Assembly: GCA_964270895.1 (NCBI GenBank)
Contig: OZ185437.1
Reading direction: 5' to 3' (one strand)
Length of the DNA stretch: 64,000 nucleotides
From: Podarcis filfolensis
Lineage: Eukaryota
The stretch's first letter is position 1; each line of letters begins with the position of its first letter. Under the pieces are notes generated by a model that saw only the letters and a list, made by a program, of their open reading frames with translations, did no database searches and was not told where the DNA came from. Positions 38,011 through 50,900 of the stretch are shown here, one piece after another. Made by a program: the position numbers and the translations under genes.

Positions 38011-41000
38011 CACACTGGCAAAGCAGACCCCTTCAGCCAGCAGGATTGAGCCTTGTGTTCACCAGCTGGTAAGCAGAACATACAATCCTGCTGGGTGCTC
38101 CTTGCCAACTTGTTCCCTGCAGGGGATCCTGAATAAAATAGTAGATTCTCTCAGACCTCTAACCAGCACTGCACATGCCAAAGCAGCAAGCTTTTTACAT
38201 GGTAAGAACCAAACTAGGCAAGACACTAATGTGGAATCAAGTCAGGGTTAAATAAATAAATAGTAAGGGGGTGGTATATGAGACATTTGAGACACTTGAG
38301 GATGATTTAATTCTGGATCACAGCACACAAGAAAGGTGGGTTTGACTCCTTCCTTTTCTACCATGACTCTGATTAAAATTGTCCCCTGAAGCCAATCTTA
38401 TCCCCAGGAACTTTCTTTGGTTTCTAGTTCAGCCCTAATTTGCACACCAAAAGTTGTCCTAGACCTAGAAATTTGTCTTACTAGTAATCTGATTATTTTT
38501 TATGCCTTGGTTTTAAATATATTCTTGGTTTTAAATATATTCCTTTGAACCTGCATGAGCTTTCAAATAATGCAAAAGAATAAAACATACATGGGCATAG
38601 CCGGGGGGGTAGGGGGCAGTTGCCCAGCCAAATCAATAAAAATACATAACAAACTAACTAACATACACAAGTTATTTAAAATGAATGTGGAAATGGCCAT
38701 CAATTTGTGGCCTCAGCAATCCAATGGATGTGGTCTTTGGATAGGCAGTATAAAAAGATGACACTTGCTCATATCTATGGAAGCCATTCAGCTATGTTAT
38801 ACTCTGAGCAGGTCCATTAAAAATAATTAGCATGACCAAGTTAGGTCCATCAATTTCAATAGGACTACTCTGAGCAAAACTTCACTGAACAGTTACCCTA
38901 GGACTTGATTTCAATGTGAAGGGTCAAGTGACCTTGAAGTATTGTTTGAATAAATCTTTTTCTGCACCAGACTTCAGACCTTACCACAAAACATGATCTG
39001 TGGTAGCATTGGACTTTTCATCTGATGCAACAAAGACTTGGTTCCCAGACAAAGGCCTGGTTTCAGCTAACATCGACACCACTTTCACCTTCCACTTTTT
39101 AAAGAAAGTGCTGATTGGCCAAGTTTCATTTCGCACACAAAAAAGCCACTTTCCTTTAAGGGTGGAGTAGGGTAGATGGCAGAATTGAAGAGAATTTGAG
39201 ATTCAAACAAGCTGGGCTTGTTGCAGCCTTTGTAAAGTGAAGCTGTTCACTTCCCTAATTCAAACAAAACCACAAGATGATATCAGCAAAGCAGTAATGT
39301 AAGCAAATCCCCAGTTCAAAAATCATACTTACTTTCAAAAATACAATGTCACCCTAAGGTCTTGTCTTCTCTTTCTTTGTAGTAACCAATTCAGATCCCG
39401 TGTACACAGAATTATAAACAACACATGGTCTTGTGGCACCATAAAAACAAATAGATTCATTGTGGACTCAGCTTTCATAGACTAGAGCACACTTTATCAG
39501 CTGCATAAAATGTTATTCTTATTTATTTATAGAATTTTTATCCTGCTTGTCTTCATTTTTTTGTTTTGTTTTTTCAAAAGGCTCCCAGCTCACTAAAAAT
39601 CACAGGCTTACAATCTTAAAAAAATTACACAAAGGAAAATGTATTGGGAGGTAGGAGGGAAAAACTGGCAGTAAGAATTGTTCAACAGTGGAACAGTCTC
39701 CCTTGGGTTTCTGCCTTTGAAGGTGTTTTGTTTCTGATTTTTTGATGTTGAAAACTAGTATCAATGAAGATAACATTTTTAGTTTGTAAAACATGATATT
39801 TGAATAGAAAACTAAAAATTAATTAAGTGACCTTCCCCTAATGAAAGTTGTATAAATATTTCATATATAGATAGCTGTGCATTAATAATTGGAGACTACA
39901 GTACTTAGTTAAATGGAGTAAACTGTAATTTTTATGTTCAGTTGTTTTAATTGAAAATTCATTGGTTATGCTGGAAATATTAGCAGTTTGCCTATGTTTC
40001 TAGCATCTCTGCTGGAAAAAAGTATTTCCTAATGCTATATCTGTAACTCCTTAAAGCAAATTCCCAGGGGGCTTTTTCTGTTACTCCAAATGTGGATACT
40101 AAAAAGATGTTTATCAAGTTCAAAGCTAAGCTAGATACTCTCTCTCTCTTGTCATGATGTTCAGGGTATGAACCACAACATCTGATTTTGATTTTTTTTA
40201 AGCTGATAAGTTTTTTCACATCTTTGTAAATGAAATTGCCACTCCAGATATCTCAATTTGGGGGTGGGGGTGGGGATTTGTAGCCCTTTCAGAGAAGGAA
40301 AAACACCGATAGCTTATTCAAAAAGCTTAGCCCCCAAAGCCAGTCTAGCTAACTAGGGCCTTAGAACCTAATCCTTGAAAACTCCATCTGGAAAATGTCC
40401 TAATTCCATTACTTACTCTTCACAAGCATCCGTCTTTTCATTTTCCCTATAACCATTAACTGTCCTCCTTGGCTTTCCAACTGTTTGACCCCAATATGTT
40501 TACACCAAATTAAGCCTCATTGGTTTCAGTGGGACTCACTTTCAAGTACTGTTAAATGTGTCATGTACTTCACTTCCTGAATTGTCTCTTAAGGCCCAAA
40601 CTAGACATTATGTGTGCAATTTGTCATCTTCCCACATAATTTTACTCTCCTGATGTGGGGAAGAAGTCTGATGTGCATCAGGGCTGCAGCACAGACAGCA
40701 TATACCGTGGCCCCAATCCAAATCCCCTCCTTTGAGCTGTTAACCACAGATAGAGAAACAAAGAGGTACGATGCTAGCAAGAATTATCTACTAGGAGCAG
40801 AGGAATGTGCCATAGAATGTTAGGCCATAATATACTTAGCTCAATTTATCTATGCTAACTAGAACTCCAGGATTTCAGGCAGGAATCTTTTCTTAGCCAA
40901 CCTGGTTGAACCTGGGGGATGAAGCAGAGACTTTTTGTGTGTGATTGGCCACTAAGTTTAGTGGAGAACCTGCAGGGCCCAATGTGGCCTCTCCAGCCAC

Positions 41001-43089
41001 ACCCTAGAACTTGGCCCAAGCCATCTATTTCACACACACACCCAAGTTCTTTTGCCTGGTTAGAACATAGCTTTCAGCTCTGGTGATGCTTCCTGCAGTG
41101 GGGAATTGAGAGGGGTATGTAACTGAGTGTAGAAACTAGCCTCCCGTACAAAGGTAAAATTTACTTGTGTTGCTTTGCCCACTTTCACCTCAGGCCCTGC
41201 CCGCCACTAGCATGTGGCCCTCAAAAGATGGCTCAGAAGGGAATGTGGCATTGGGGCTGGGGGGTGGAAATCCCTACCCCTAGACTGAGCAAATGCTTAT
41301 AAACCATAGTTATACTGAGGACAGTCCTCACCCCTGGCTTATATTGCTTGCCAGCCCCACCTATGTTCCTCCATCCCTACTTTACCCAAATCTCTGCTGT
41401 TGTCTAAAACCACCATTTGAAAACCTGCCTTCTCTTTTGCTCCCCTCCTCCACCCTGATGTCATGCAAATCCAGGATTGGGATGAGGCACCACAAATCCT
41501 CCAGTTCTCTGACTTCATCTAAATCAAGCTTTGTGACATAGCGCAACAAATGCTCCAATGGGGGCTGTGGAATGTAAGTCTTACATTTTTATGTAAATAG
41601 GAATACAAGTTTATGGAGAGTAGGAACCACAATATTCAGTAACAGTATATCTTTGGAGAGCATCTGCTGTCCACAAATTACAGGGGAGCACTGCTTGTCA
41701 GCTTCCATACCCTGAGGCCTCTGAGTCGCCTTTTGTCAGATTTAGCAAGGCAGTCCTTCTGTTTGGGCAGCATACAACATGTCTGTTTTCTTGTGTGCGG
41801 ATGTTCCCTCGAAGCACTTCCAAAGCTTGACAACAAGAAGGAATGATATTTGGGTATATTCATGAGTCAAGGGCTTATGGAGCTGAGCAGGTGCTTAGGG
41901 TTTCTCAGCATACCCATGTCTGACTAGCAAACAAGAGATGGATACAGATTTTACCCATATTGAGATCTCGGTCCTGGGACAGTGTGGCAGTGGTACCACT
42001 TCTGTAAATGAATGTACATTGGAATTCCCCTGAAAATACTTCCCTGTTGAGTAGGATGTTGTTGTTGTTAGTGTTTTATTCTAAGGGGATATTTTGTATA
42101 TGCTATTTCTACAAGATAAGAGTGGGGGAGGGATCCTCCATTGCTCAAGGCACAATCCTACACCGAAATACACCAAAGTGTATTCACTAGAATTCTCTTT
42201 CTAATAAGTAAATTTCGGTTTGCAACAACTAAGACAAATCTTGCACTCTCACGGGGTGAAACTAATTGAAACTTGCAACAAATGTTGTCAAGTAGACTGT
42301 GAAGTCAACAATGCCCTTGTGGCAGTGACACAGTCACCCATGGCTGTCAACCATATAAGGCCCAGTTTATTTATCAGGACTTTGGGGGTCCCCAGTGCAG
42401 CTCTCATCGCCCCAACCATATTTCATACAAGTTACTAAACATGTAATACAGAGGCAAAAGCTAACTTAGCAAATGGTTGACACTACATGTCCCAGCATTC
42501 CCTCCTGTTAAATATTAATCAGGCACCACCTCTGCTGTCTTTTTGGTCCCTACTGAAGGCCATCATTTTTCAACAAGCCTTTTCTAATAACTCTCTTAAT
42601 AATTCAGTACTGGGGGACTCAGCAATAACAACTGAAACCCCTAGTGTGGCAGACTGATAAAATAAATACAGACATGCTGCTTCAAAACAGAGAAACTAAT
42701 GAACCATAGTGGTTTTTCCCCCATTTCCCAAGGGCACTTTTCAAGCCTAGTGAAAGTTGCACAGGAATGCACACAAATCAAATTCCAAGTCCCTGCCAAT
42801 TCTCTTGACTGTTCACTTTTCCAAGTAACTTATGACTAAGTGTTTGGTTTTCATTTGATAATAGAAGATGAACATACAACTGTTTCTCTGGTTAGGAATC
42901 TGTTCCAACAGAGTTCTTAAAACACAAAATATTAAATTGTTGCTCTTCTTAGAGCACATTAGTCTTTAGTTAATATAAAGTGTAACTTACAACTAAAATC
43001 CTCCTCCTTTTTTTTGAGAATTCAAAAGAGGGCCACACTTAAAGAAACAACAACCAGGTAGATATTGAATAAATGACAGAGCTATCATC

Positions 43090-43330
43090 TTAGCCACTGT
43101 TACAGCTAATGACAGTAAGCCTTTATGAGAAATATCCAGCATATCTTCTTCACAAGGGAATCTTATCTCGCCATACTTCTCAAACCCTTTGAGACTGTCA
43201 ACAAACATGTCATTATGACTAATCCAGTAAGAAGCCATTATATACTAAATTTTCACCAAAGGCTCATAAGAAAACTTAGCACTCATGGGATAAGAAGACG
43301 GATTCTGTTATGGATCAGTAACGAATAGAA
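43090..43330 (+). mobile_element. Decayed CR1 RT fragment
   Basis: QHIFFTRESYLAILLKPFETVNKH...HQRLIRKLSTHGIRRRILLWISN resembles CR1 QHGF..KSCLTNLLEFFE..HQRLL.KL..HGIRG.VLLWI.NW. Confidence 0.8.
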
Positions 43331-44886
43331 ATGTTGAAGGTAGTCAGAACAGAAAGTGACTGAGCATAAAATGTTTGGCTTTAAGGCTACCATTCTTCTT
43401 TATGAATGCAGACTTCAGTGGTGGGGTTTTATATGCATGGGGCAGGGGACACAGAATATAAAAATGCAGAAAATCAGGAATTACATTGAGACACTAAATA
43501 AAGATTAATTATTTTGTCACGCTCAAAACAGTAGAGATTTGAGATTATCTAATGAAATTTGCAAAAGGTTCAGGGCTCATAGAAATGACAATTCATGTTG
43601 TACACCAACTTACAGAATTCGGTGCTAAAGTGCCACCAGCATAGTTCACTTTCTAAAAATCTTTTGACAAATTGTACGCTATAAATGTCCACACAGCTAT
43701 GGCAGCTCAAAATAAAACTTCCAGAAACTGTGCATAAATTATATCTCTGGTTACCAGAAACTGACTATATGGAGCTTTGCTAATTTGCTATGACATTCGG
43801 ATGTCCTTATGGGCACTTTGCCATTTAAATAGGGAAACTGGATTGAATGGTTTGAAGCTGGAGACCCCACAAAGTGCTCCCATCACCTTTTTCCAGGTGC
43901 AATTTGCTTTTGTGAAAAAACCATCTGAGCCATAAATCAAACCTAGTGGAAAGTTTAAAATGTCTTACTATTTATAAATGAGCAGATTAGAATAGCTCAA
44001 AGCATTAAATTAATCTTACAGTGACTATCATTTTTTTTATTTAAAAAAACACTAAATAAATGAGAGGTGCCAATTTAGACATGAATTTTACTGACAGACT
44101 TGAGAAACAGCAATCAAGCTAACCACGTTTCTAGCTAAATCAAAGTTCAGTATAAATTCCTATTGATCTATACATTTGCAGTCAATCTGGCCAAGATTGT
44201 TAGTTACCAATGGACAGCTGCTTATAGCTGGTTTATAATGATTGGTTGGCCACTCCCTATGTTGTTATTCTAATGGGGGAACACAAATTACAGAGTCAAT
44301 AGTTTGAATATGAGTTCATCTGGAGTTCCGACTGGTTCAAATGAGCATTGTGGATTTTATTACACTGACAGCTACATTTGTAGCTATTAGCAAATAACAA
44401 CCCAAAAATAGAGATCAAGGTCTATTATTTTTTTCCAGTTAGTGGCCATCCTTATACTGGGCCTATCTTGGAAATGAGTCATCTTTTCTGCCTCACGCAA
44501 GTGTAAATTTAGTATTGGTTTGGCCTAAATTTCCAGTAATTTTAAATATGAAACTGATTCTATTTTGCACGGGAGGTATTCTTCATTTGAAAACAATGAA
44601 AAATTATCTCCCTGACACCCAAAATGCCACATGCTTTAGTACCTATATAGGTGGCTCTGTCTTTATCACCACAGCAAAAGCACAATGAATTGCAGCATAC
44701 ATTTCTAAGAAGGTTGAAGTAGATATCTCAGGCCACAGGGCCTTGAAAGAGCTCCAGATCTGGCAGTCCTTCTTTCAGGAACCATTGATCTCTGGCATAA
44801 CTCCCATAAATTATATTATGATAGACACATTGTGATGGAAATGTAAGATGTAATAAGATAAAATTAATTTGTCTATACAGTACCTT

Positions 44887-45320
44887 TAGTGATGTATGGA
44901 AGTGGAAGTGAAAGCTGGACCATAAAGAAGGCTGATCGCCGAAGAATTGATGCTTTTGAATTATGGTGCTGGAGGAGACTCTTGAGAGTCCCATGGACTG
45001 CAAGAAGATCAAACCTCTCCATTCTTAAGGAAATCACCCCTGAGTGCTCACTGGAAGGACAGATCCTGAAGCTGAGGCTCCAATACTTTGGCCACCTCAT
45101 GAGAAGAGAAGACTCCCTGGGAAGGACCCTGATGTTGGGAAAGACTGAGGGCCCAAGGAGAAGGGGACGACAGAGGACGAGATGGTTGGATAGTGTTCTT
45201 GAAGCTACCAGCATGAGTTTGACCAAACTGCGGGAGGCAGTGGAAGACAGAAGTGCCTGGCGTGCTCTGGTCCATGGGGTCACGAAGAGTCGGACACGAC
45301 TAAACAACAACAACATACAG
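44887..45320 (+). mobile_element. 5'-truncated BovB-like RTE LINE
   Basis: ORF 44889-45335 (ESWTIKKADRRRIDAFELWCWRRLLRVPWTARRSN...) is the BovB RT C-terminus; (CAA)n tail; 11-bp TSD tacagtacctt at 44876-44886 and 45321-45331. Confidence 0.95.
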
Positions 45321-45872
45321 TACAGTACCTTATAAGGTATTCCTGGATGGAACACCTTTGGGCAGGGACAGCCACTTAGAAACAACTATGCTGCCATTTT
45401 GAGTTCTAGAAAATTTTCTGTATTATAATAAACCTAATGAATGCTCTTTCTCTCCAAAGATGCCTGTTCCATGCATCTCTGTTTAGATGTCCTGGGAACA
45501 TTCCCCAATACATTTTTGAAGGCAAATGTTCCTTGGACCTGTTACAAATGGTAGTTTGGTAGTTTGGTTATCTTGTTGCAAATAGCTTTATAACATCCTG
45601 TGAAATATTTGCCTGCGCTACTTTGACTCACGTTGTTTTGAGGCATATTTACAACTATTCATATCCCTACTGTCTTACACAAACAACATTCAGGTAGGCC
45701 AAACGTGCCTTAGCACATTCTAAAATAATTCCACCTTCAAATAAACTTCATGGCAGGTATTGTGCAGCTTCAGTAGTATCACAGATCTCCAAAAACTGCT
45801 GCATTCCGAAAGTAAAATGTTGGTTTACACAACTAGACAGTTATGTTTACACACTGAAATGTTAAGAAACTA

Positions 45873-47949
45873 GACTTCCGGGTTGGTGCCACTGTTTAAT
45901 GGCGGATTCCCTCCGAGCTCCGGAGGGAATCGGCTCCGTAGCGTTTGGGTCTGGCCGCTGCGGCGAAGCGGGGACCCTTAAAATCACAGGCGCGGATGCC
46001 TGTGAACACAGAGACTCGGCGGGCACCATTTGCGCCCCCCCAATCCGCGACGGAGCCTCTTTAAAGGCTTCGGAACGGAGGCAGGGTAAGGCGTGGTGCT
46101 GAGAGTACTCCCTCGCCTACGGAGTGAAGCCGCAAGCCATTGACAGAGAGCGCCAACTTCTTCTAAGAGTGATTGGATCCTAAAACATCAACCCGTGAGT
46201 AATACGGAGATTGGAACTTTAAAAAATTTCTTATTCTGGATTTGGAACGAGCGGGAAGGGGCTAAAAAGGAAGTCCACCCCCCCCCTCTTTGTAAACAAC
46301 TTAAAGCAAAGGACTGGGCAGCTAAGGTCGAGAGAATCTGTTTTTTGCTTTTCTTAACAAAGATCCTGACCTCACGGTTTGGACATTATAAGAAGATATT
46401 CTGGAGGATAAAAAGAATTTTGGGAGCTGAAACTACACCCCCCCCCTAGACCCGGGAACGTCCGATGAGAAAGCCTGTTGCATGGAAGATTTTGACAGCT
46501 GTCAAGTGAGCTGCTAGTCAGCTAGTTGTCAGCTGGAAAAAGAGAACATTGTTTCTGCTGTTTTTGCTGGTTTATTCGGGATAACTTGTTGAAAATAAGG
46601 TTGATACAAAATAACTGGACTTTTGGTTTTTGAGCTGAAAGGAAGATTAAGGAATTAAATCCCCCTAGAGGGGTAACAAGGATACTACATTACAAAAATG
46701 GCTGGAGTGTCTAAATTCCAAGCAGAATTGGACAGAGCACTGGTTCTCTTGGGAAACTTACAAGATGAGTACGATGCTTTGTCTACAGAGGTATCGCTAT
46801 TACACTGGACAGTAAACAACAGCTTGGAGTCTGATAAGGATTTGAAACAGGAAGCCTATTCAACTGAACAAATAAATGAAACCGAAAGCGTAGACACGAT
46901 GGAGCAATATGTTCTTTTTGAAGAAAACGAAGGAGGAGATGGAGGTTTGTAGGAGTCAAAGGAGAGCTACAATATGAGGCCTGACATGATGATAAAAAAG
47001 GACAATAAAAACTGGATGCGGAAAGCCTGGTTTGATTGGGAATTTGGAAAATGGAGAGATCCTCTTTTGAGGAGATCTGAAGACCTGAGGATTATAAATT
47101 TGTTGAAGGTGGAAGCTGGAGCTGTGGGGACATTTGGATTTGAAAGAAATTTGAAACAAGAGTTGGAATACCCCATAGGCTTTGCTTTTGCTTTTAAGTA
47201 TGGAGGACTGGCTAGAAGTAACACCGATTCTGTTGGGCCGGAGCCCCTCCGAGACCTGGGGCTTAACATCAAGGTCTATCAAAGAGACCGGCAGAAAGGA
47301 ACTGAGAGAGACATAAGGGCCTCGGACCTGAGATCTCCAGGCTAAATAAATAATATAAAGACTGATGGATATTGGTTGGGGACTGGAACCGGGAGAAGGG
47401 TGGGTGGAGGTTGGGAATCCAAAGGGTACATAAGGATAATTTGCATTGCTTTATTTGTTTTATATTTTGTTAGTGGTAAGGAAATTGGGTAAACCGTGGA
47501 AGGGAAATTTTGGTCGACCTTAGGAAAAAGGTTTAAGAATAAATTAATGAAGTATAAGTATTGATGAGTAATTTCAATAAGGTGAAACTGGTTTTTTTTT
47601 TTTTTTTAAATTAAGTGAAAATAAGGCTGTTAAAAATAAATGGAGGAAATGGAAAAAAGAAATAAAGTAAAATAACAGTATGTTAGAATAAATGTTTAAG
47701 TTAAGGTGAAGAAATAAGTTAAGGACTTGCTGAATTGACAATTTAAATTGGAATACAAGAAGGGGAGGTGTGAGGAGGTCTGAGAAACAAGGTTGAGGAA
47801 AATAAGTATCAGAAACTGTATGTGTTTTTTCTATTTTTCTGTTTAGTTTTGAATATGCTTTTTTGTGTTGTTTTTATTTTGTTTATTTTTTTTGTTTTTG
47901 TTTGTTGTGTGTTTATTGAAAATACCAATAAATATTTAATTAAAAAAAA
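45873..47949 (+). mobile_element. Full-length 2.08-kb non-autonomous L1-like retroelement (half-L1/HAL1-like), no reverse transcriptase
   Basis: 16-bp TSD aaatgttaagaaacta at 45857-45872 and 47950-47965; CpG-rich 5' UTR starting gacttccggg; AATAAA at 47927-47932 plus polyA; one interrupted ORF; no RT or endonuclease motifs. Confidence 0.85.
46698..47345 (+). pseudogene. Retroelement ORF (~215 codons, putative ORF1-like) interrupted by one TAG at 46950-46952
   Basis: ORFs 46698-46952 and 46974-47345 are in the same frame, separated by a single stop plus 7 codons; strong Kozak context (aaaATGG); amphipathic N-terminus. Confidence 0.6.
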
Positions 47950-50900
47950 AAATGTTAAGAAACTAAGCTATGTCAGAGTTTAAAATGTCAAATGGCAGGT
48001 AACCTGGGAATCCACTTATTAATTTGTCAATAGCTTAACTGTTTAGGGGTAAAAAGAACTTACAAATGTAAACAAACAGTTGCTTTAACTTAAGTGAGAC
48101 CCTCCTTTGCCCCCAGGATCAGCTCCAGGACATTTGCTGGGAAGCTTTCTTTATCTCCTGACAGTGTGAAACACTTTACCTGCAAATTGACTTGTGTGTA
48201 AAAGGAAGCCATCATTCATGCTAATGGACCCCCATCAGCTTGCTTTCACTATATCATGATACCCTAGAGCAGAATTGTGAAGCCTTTTAAGCCCAGGGCT
48301 TAGCAAAGGTTTTAACAACTCTAAAATGCTAACCTTCATTTCCATACACATTTCAAGGCACTATACAACACACTTCTGTGTAAACTATTTTTTAAAGAGT
48401 TTCTGCTGCAGGCTTCTTTATGACTAATGCACTGTTCATGTCTTTTTTATAGCCAAAACTCAAGAAAATGCAGATATGTTTGTTTTATATAAAATGTGTT
48501 GGAGTTCTTCAGATAGCAAGCAATGGCAGACAAACAAGATCACCTCTCATTCCAGATGAATTAATCTGAATAATGTCCCACAATAAACACAGAAATAATG
48601 GGTGTATTCAGCTATGCTCTACTCAGGGTAGACCCACTGAACTTAATGGACTTAACTTAGCAATGTTCCTTAATTTCAACAGGTCTACTCTGTTGAAATT
48701 AATGAACAACGGGTTAATTAATTTCAACAAGCTGTGTTCCCTGGGGAGAATCGCAGGTCAGACAGAGAGCAGTGGAGGACTGCATTCTGCCTGTGGGCCC
48801 GAGACTCTCCACAAATCCAGATTGGAGTGGGGGGATGCAGGTGCCTTGGGGGGCAGGTGAGGCAGCAAACAGACTTAATTGGCCAGCAAATTTTAAAACC
48901 TTTTTGAATTGGGTTGCATTTAAAATATTTATATGCTACTCTCCCGCTTGGAAATCTGCATGGTGGTTTTGCAAACAAACTGCAAATTTAAATAGGCTGC
49001 AAATGAGAAGTGCCAACTTAAAAAAATATCCATTTCCTTCTGTAGAAAATAAAGAATGCACTTTCTACCATGATACTTGTTTGCAACATATGCCTGCATC
49101 ATATAATGACAGAGTATGCTTCCCTGGCGCTAGTTTTGTAAAAGTTTGTGTCAAAGTTTATTTACAATTGGAAAGGGGACAGTGCAGACTTTCATCCCCT
49201 ATGCATTGGTTCTCCACCCTTGCTGTAGAAGAACCCAGATTCAATTCCCTGCATCTCCAGAAAAGGCGAGGAAAGAATATGAAACTCTGAAGACTTCCTG
49301 CAGGTCAGTTCCAACAGTACTTACCTAGATGAACCACTAGCCAGCTTCCTATTTTGCTGTATGAAGAACGTAAACAACATGTGAGCATGGCTTTGCATGG
49401 TCATTGTGAAGGAAATCAGACATCACAAAAAGTATATTTTGCAAATTACAAAAGTAGTAGTAGTAGTAGTTTGTATCTATGCTATTTGTCTTAATAAACT
49501 CCAAAGTAAATGAGTCATGGACTGCAACCCAAAACTATGCATTTTGTCCTTTTCTATACAATGAGTCATTTTATTTTTATTGGTTTGGGCACTACAGAAC
49601 TGCTGTCATGGATTAATTTATTCCAGAAGTGTACTTCTTAGATTCATTTTCCAGAATGAGAGTTACTTAAGCCACTGTTAGTGCAATCCACGTGTCTATT
49701 CAGAAGCAAGCCTCACTGAATTCAGTGGGACTTATTTCCAGAATGTATGCAAACAAAGCCAGTAATGGTTACTAACATGGTAAAATATGGTCTGTTTTCC
49801 AATAAGTTGTGAAGATGGACCTGTGCAATAGCAACAACAACTGGGATGATAAGGGACATTTGGAATTTAGCTTTGAGCTTATTGCACCTGTATACTAAAG
49901 TACAAATCACCAAATGGTTGCAAAATCAGATAAGGGCTTAAAAACAGTGTGTTTTAATGGTTTACTGTCTAGAAATTGTGTCAGAAAATAAAATGTGATA
50001 TGGAAAAGGGAAATACAAATCCTACAGGGGGAACATGCAATTAATTCCCTGTGTTTGCTAATAGTATTGACTTTCATATGGTTTTTAACATTACTGGAAG
50101 CTTACACTAGAACCCTTTTCCCCCTTTGTAAGCTTTGGTTTTCATATTTGCCTTGATTAAATAGTCCCTGTGTTTTCTTTTGCATCTAATCTCCATGTCA
50201 TAATTCTCTTAGTAATATATCTCTGGTTTCAGTTTTCCTATTACAGCATATGGATTTATCTTGTGAGAGCAATAGCTACTTCAGTTGTGAATTATGTTGA
50301 CCTGAATTTCAAAACCAGGCAGTGCACAGTAGAGACGTGTTTGCACTGTGTCTCTGGAATACTGTGAGGACACTATTCTCCATGGGTGGAATCCAATGTT
50401 GCCAATCAAAAGTTTGCATAACAGCTTTTGATCCCAGATAAGCTGATGCCTCCACTAACATAAGAGGAGAGTAAGTGATTTCTGCCATTTCCCCCTTCTC
50501 TCTATAGGCCTGCTGCAGCACCCAGAAAACTATTCTAGAGGATCAAGTCCTCCAGAATGTGGAAGGTGGCTGCAGGAGGGAAAGCAAACCAGAGAACGTT
50601 GCCTCTCCAACATTACGATGGCATAACCGCCCACTGATCAAAAGCCATTATGCAAGTAAAAAAACAGCATTAGATTCCACCCAATTGGATGAGCCCAAAG
50701 ATCAACAACTTTGCCATTGACAATGGCAGTGATTGACCCAGGTCCTTCTAGCAAGAAAACACTGCAACCTGGCAAAATTCTGGGTCAGCTGCCAACATGC
50801 TTGAAAAGGTTTCCCACCATTCAGGGCTTAGTGAACTGTAGCTCAGGAAGGTTTGTCATATGTCCATTTCTGGCATATGATAGACAACAAGATTCCTACT

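Noticed and set aside
44873-45385. 170-aa and 75-aa minus-strand ORFs
   Set aside because: Antisense shadows of the BovB RT fragment.
48772-49290. 172-aa plus-strand ORF
   Set aside because: It spans MITE, AT-rich and SINE fragments and has no coding character.
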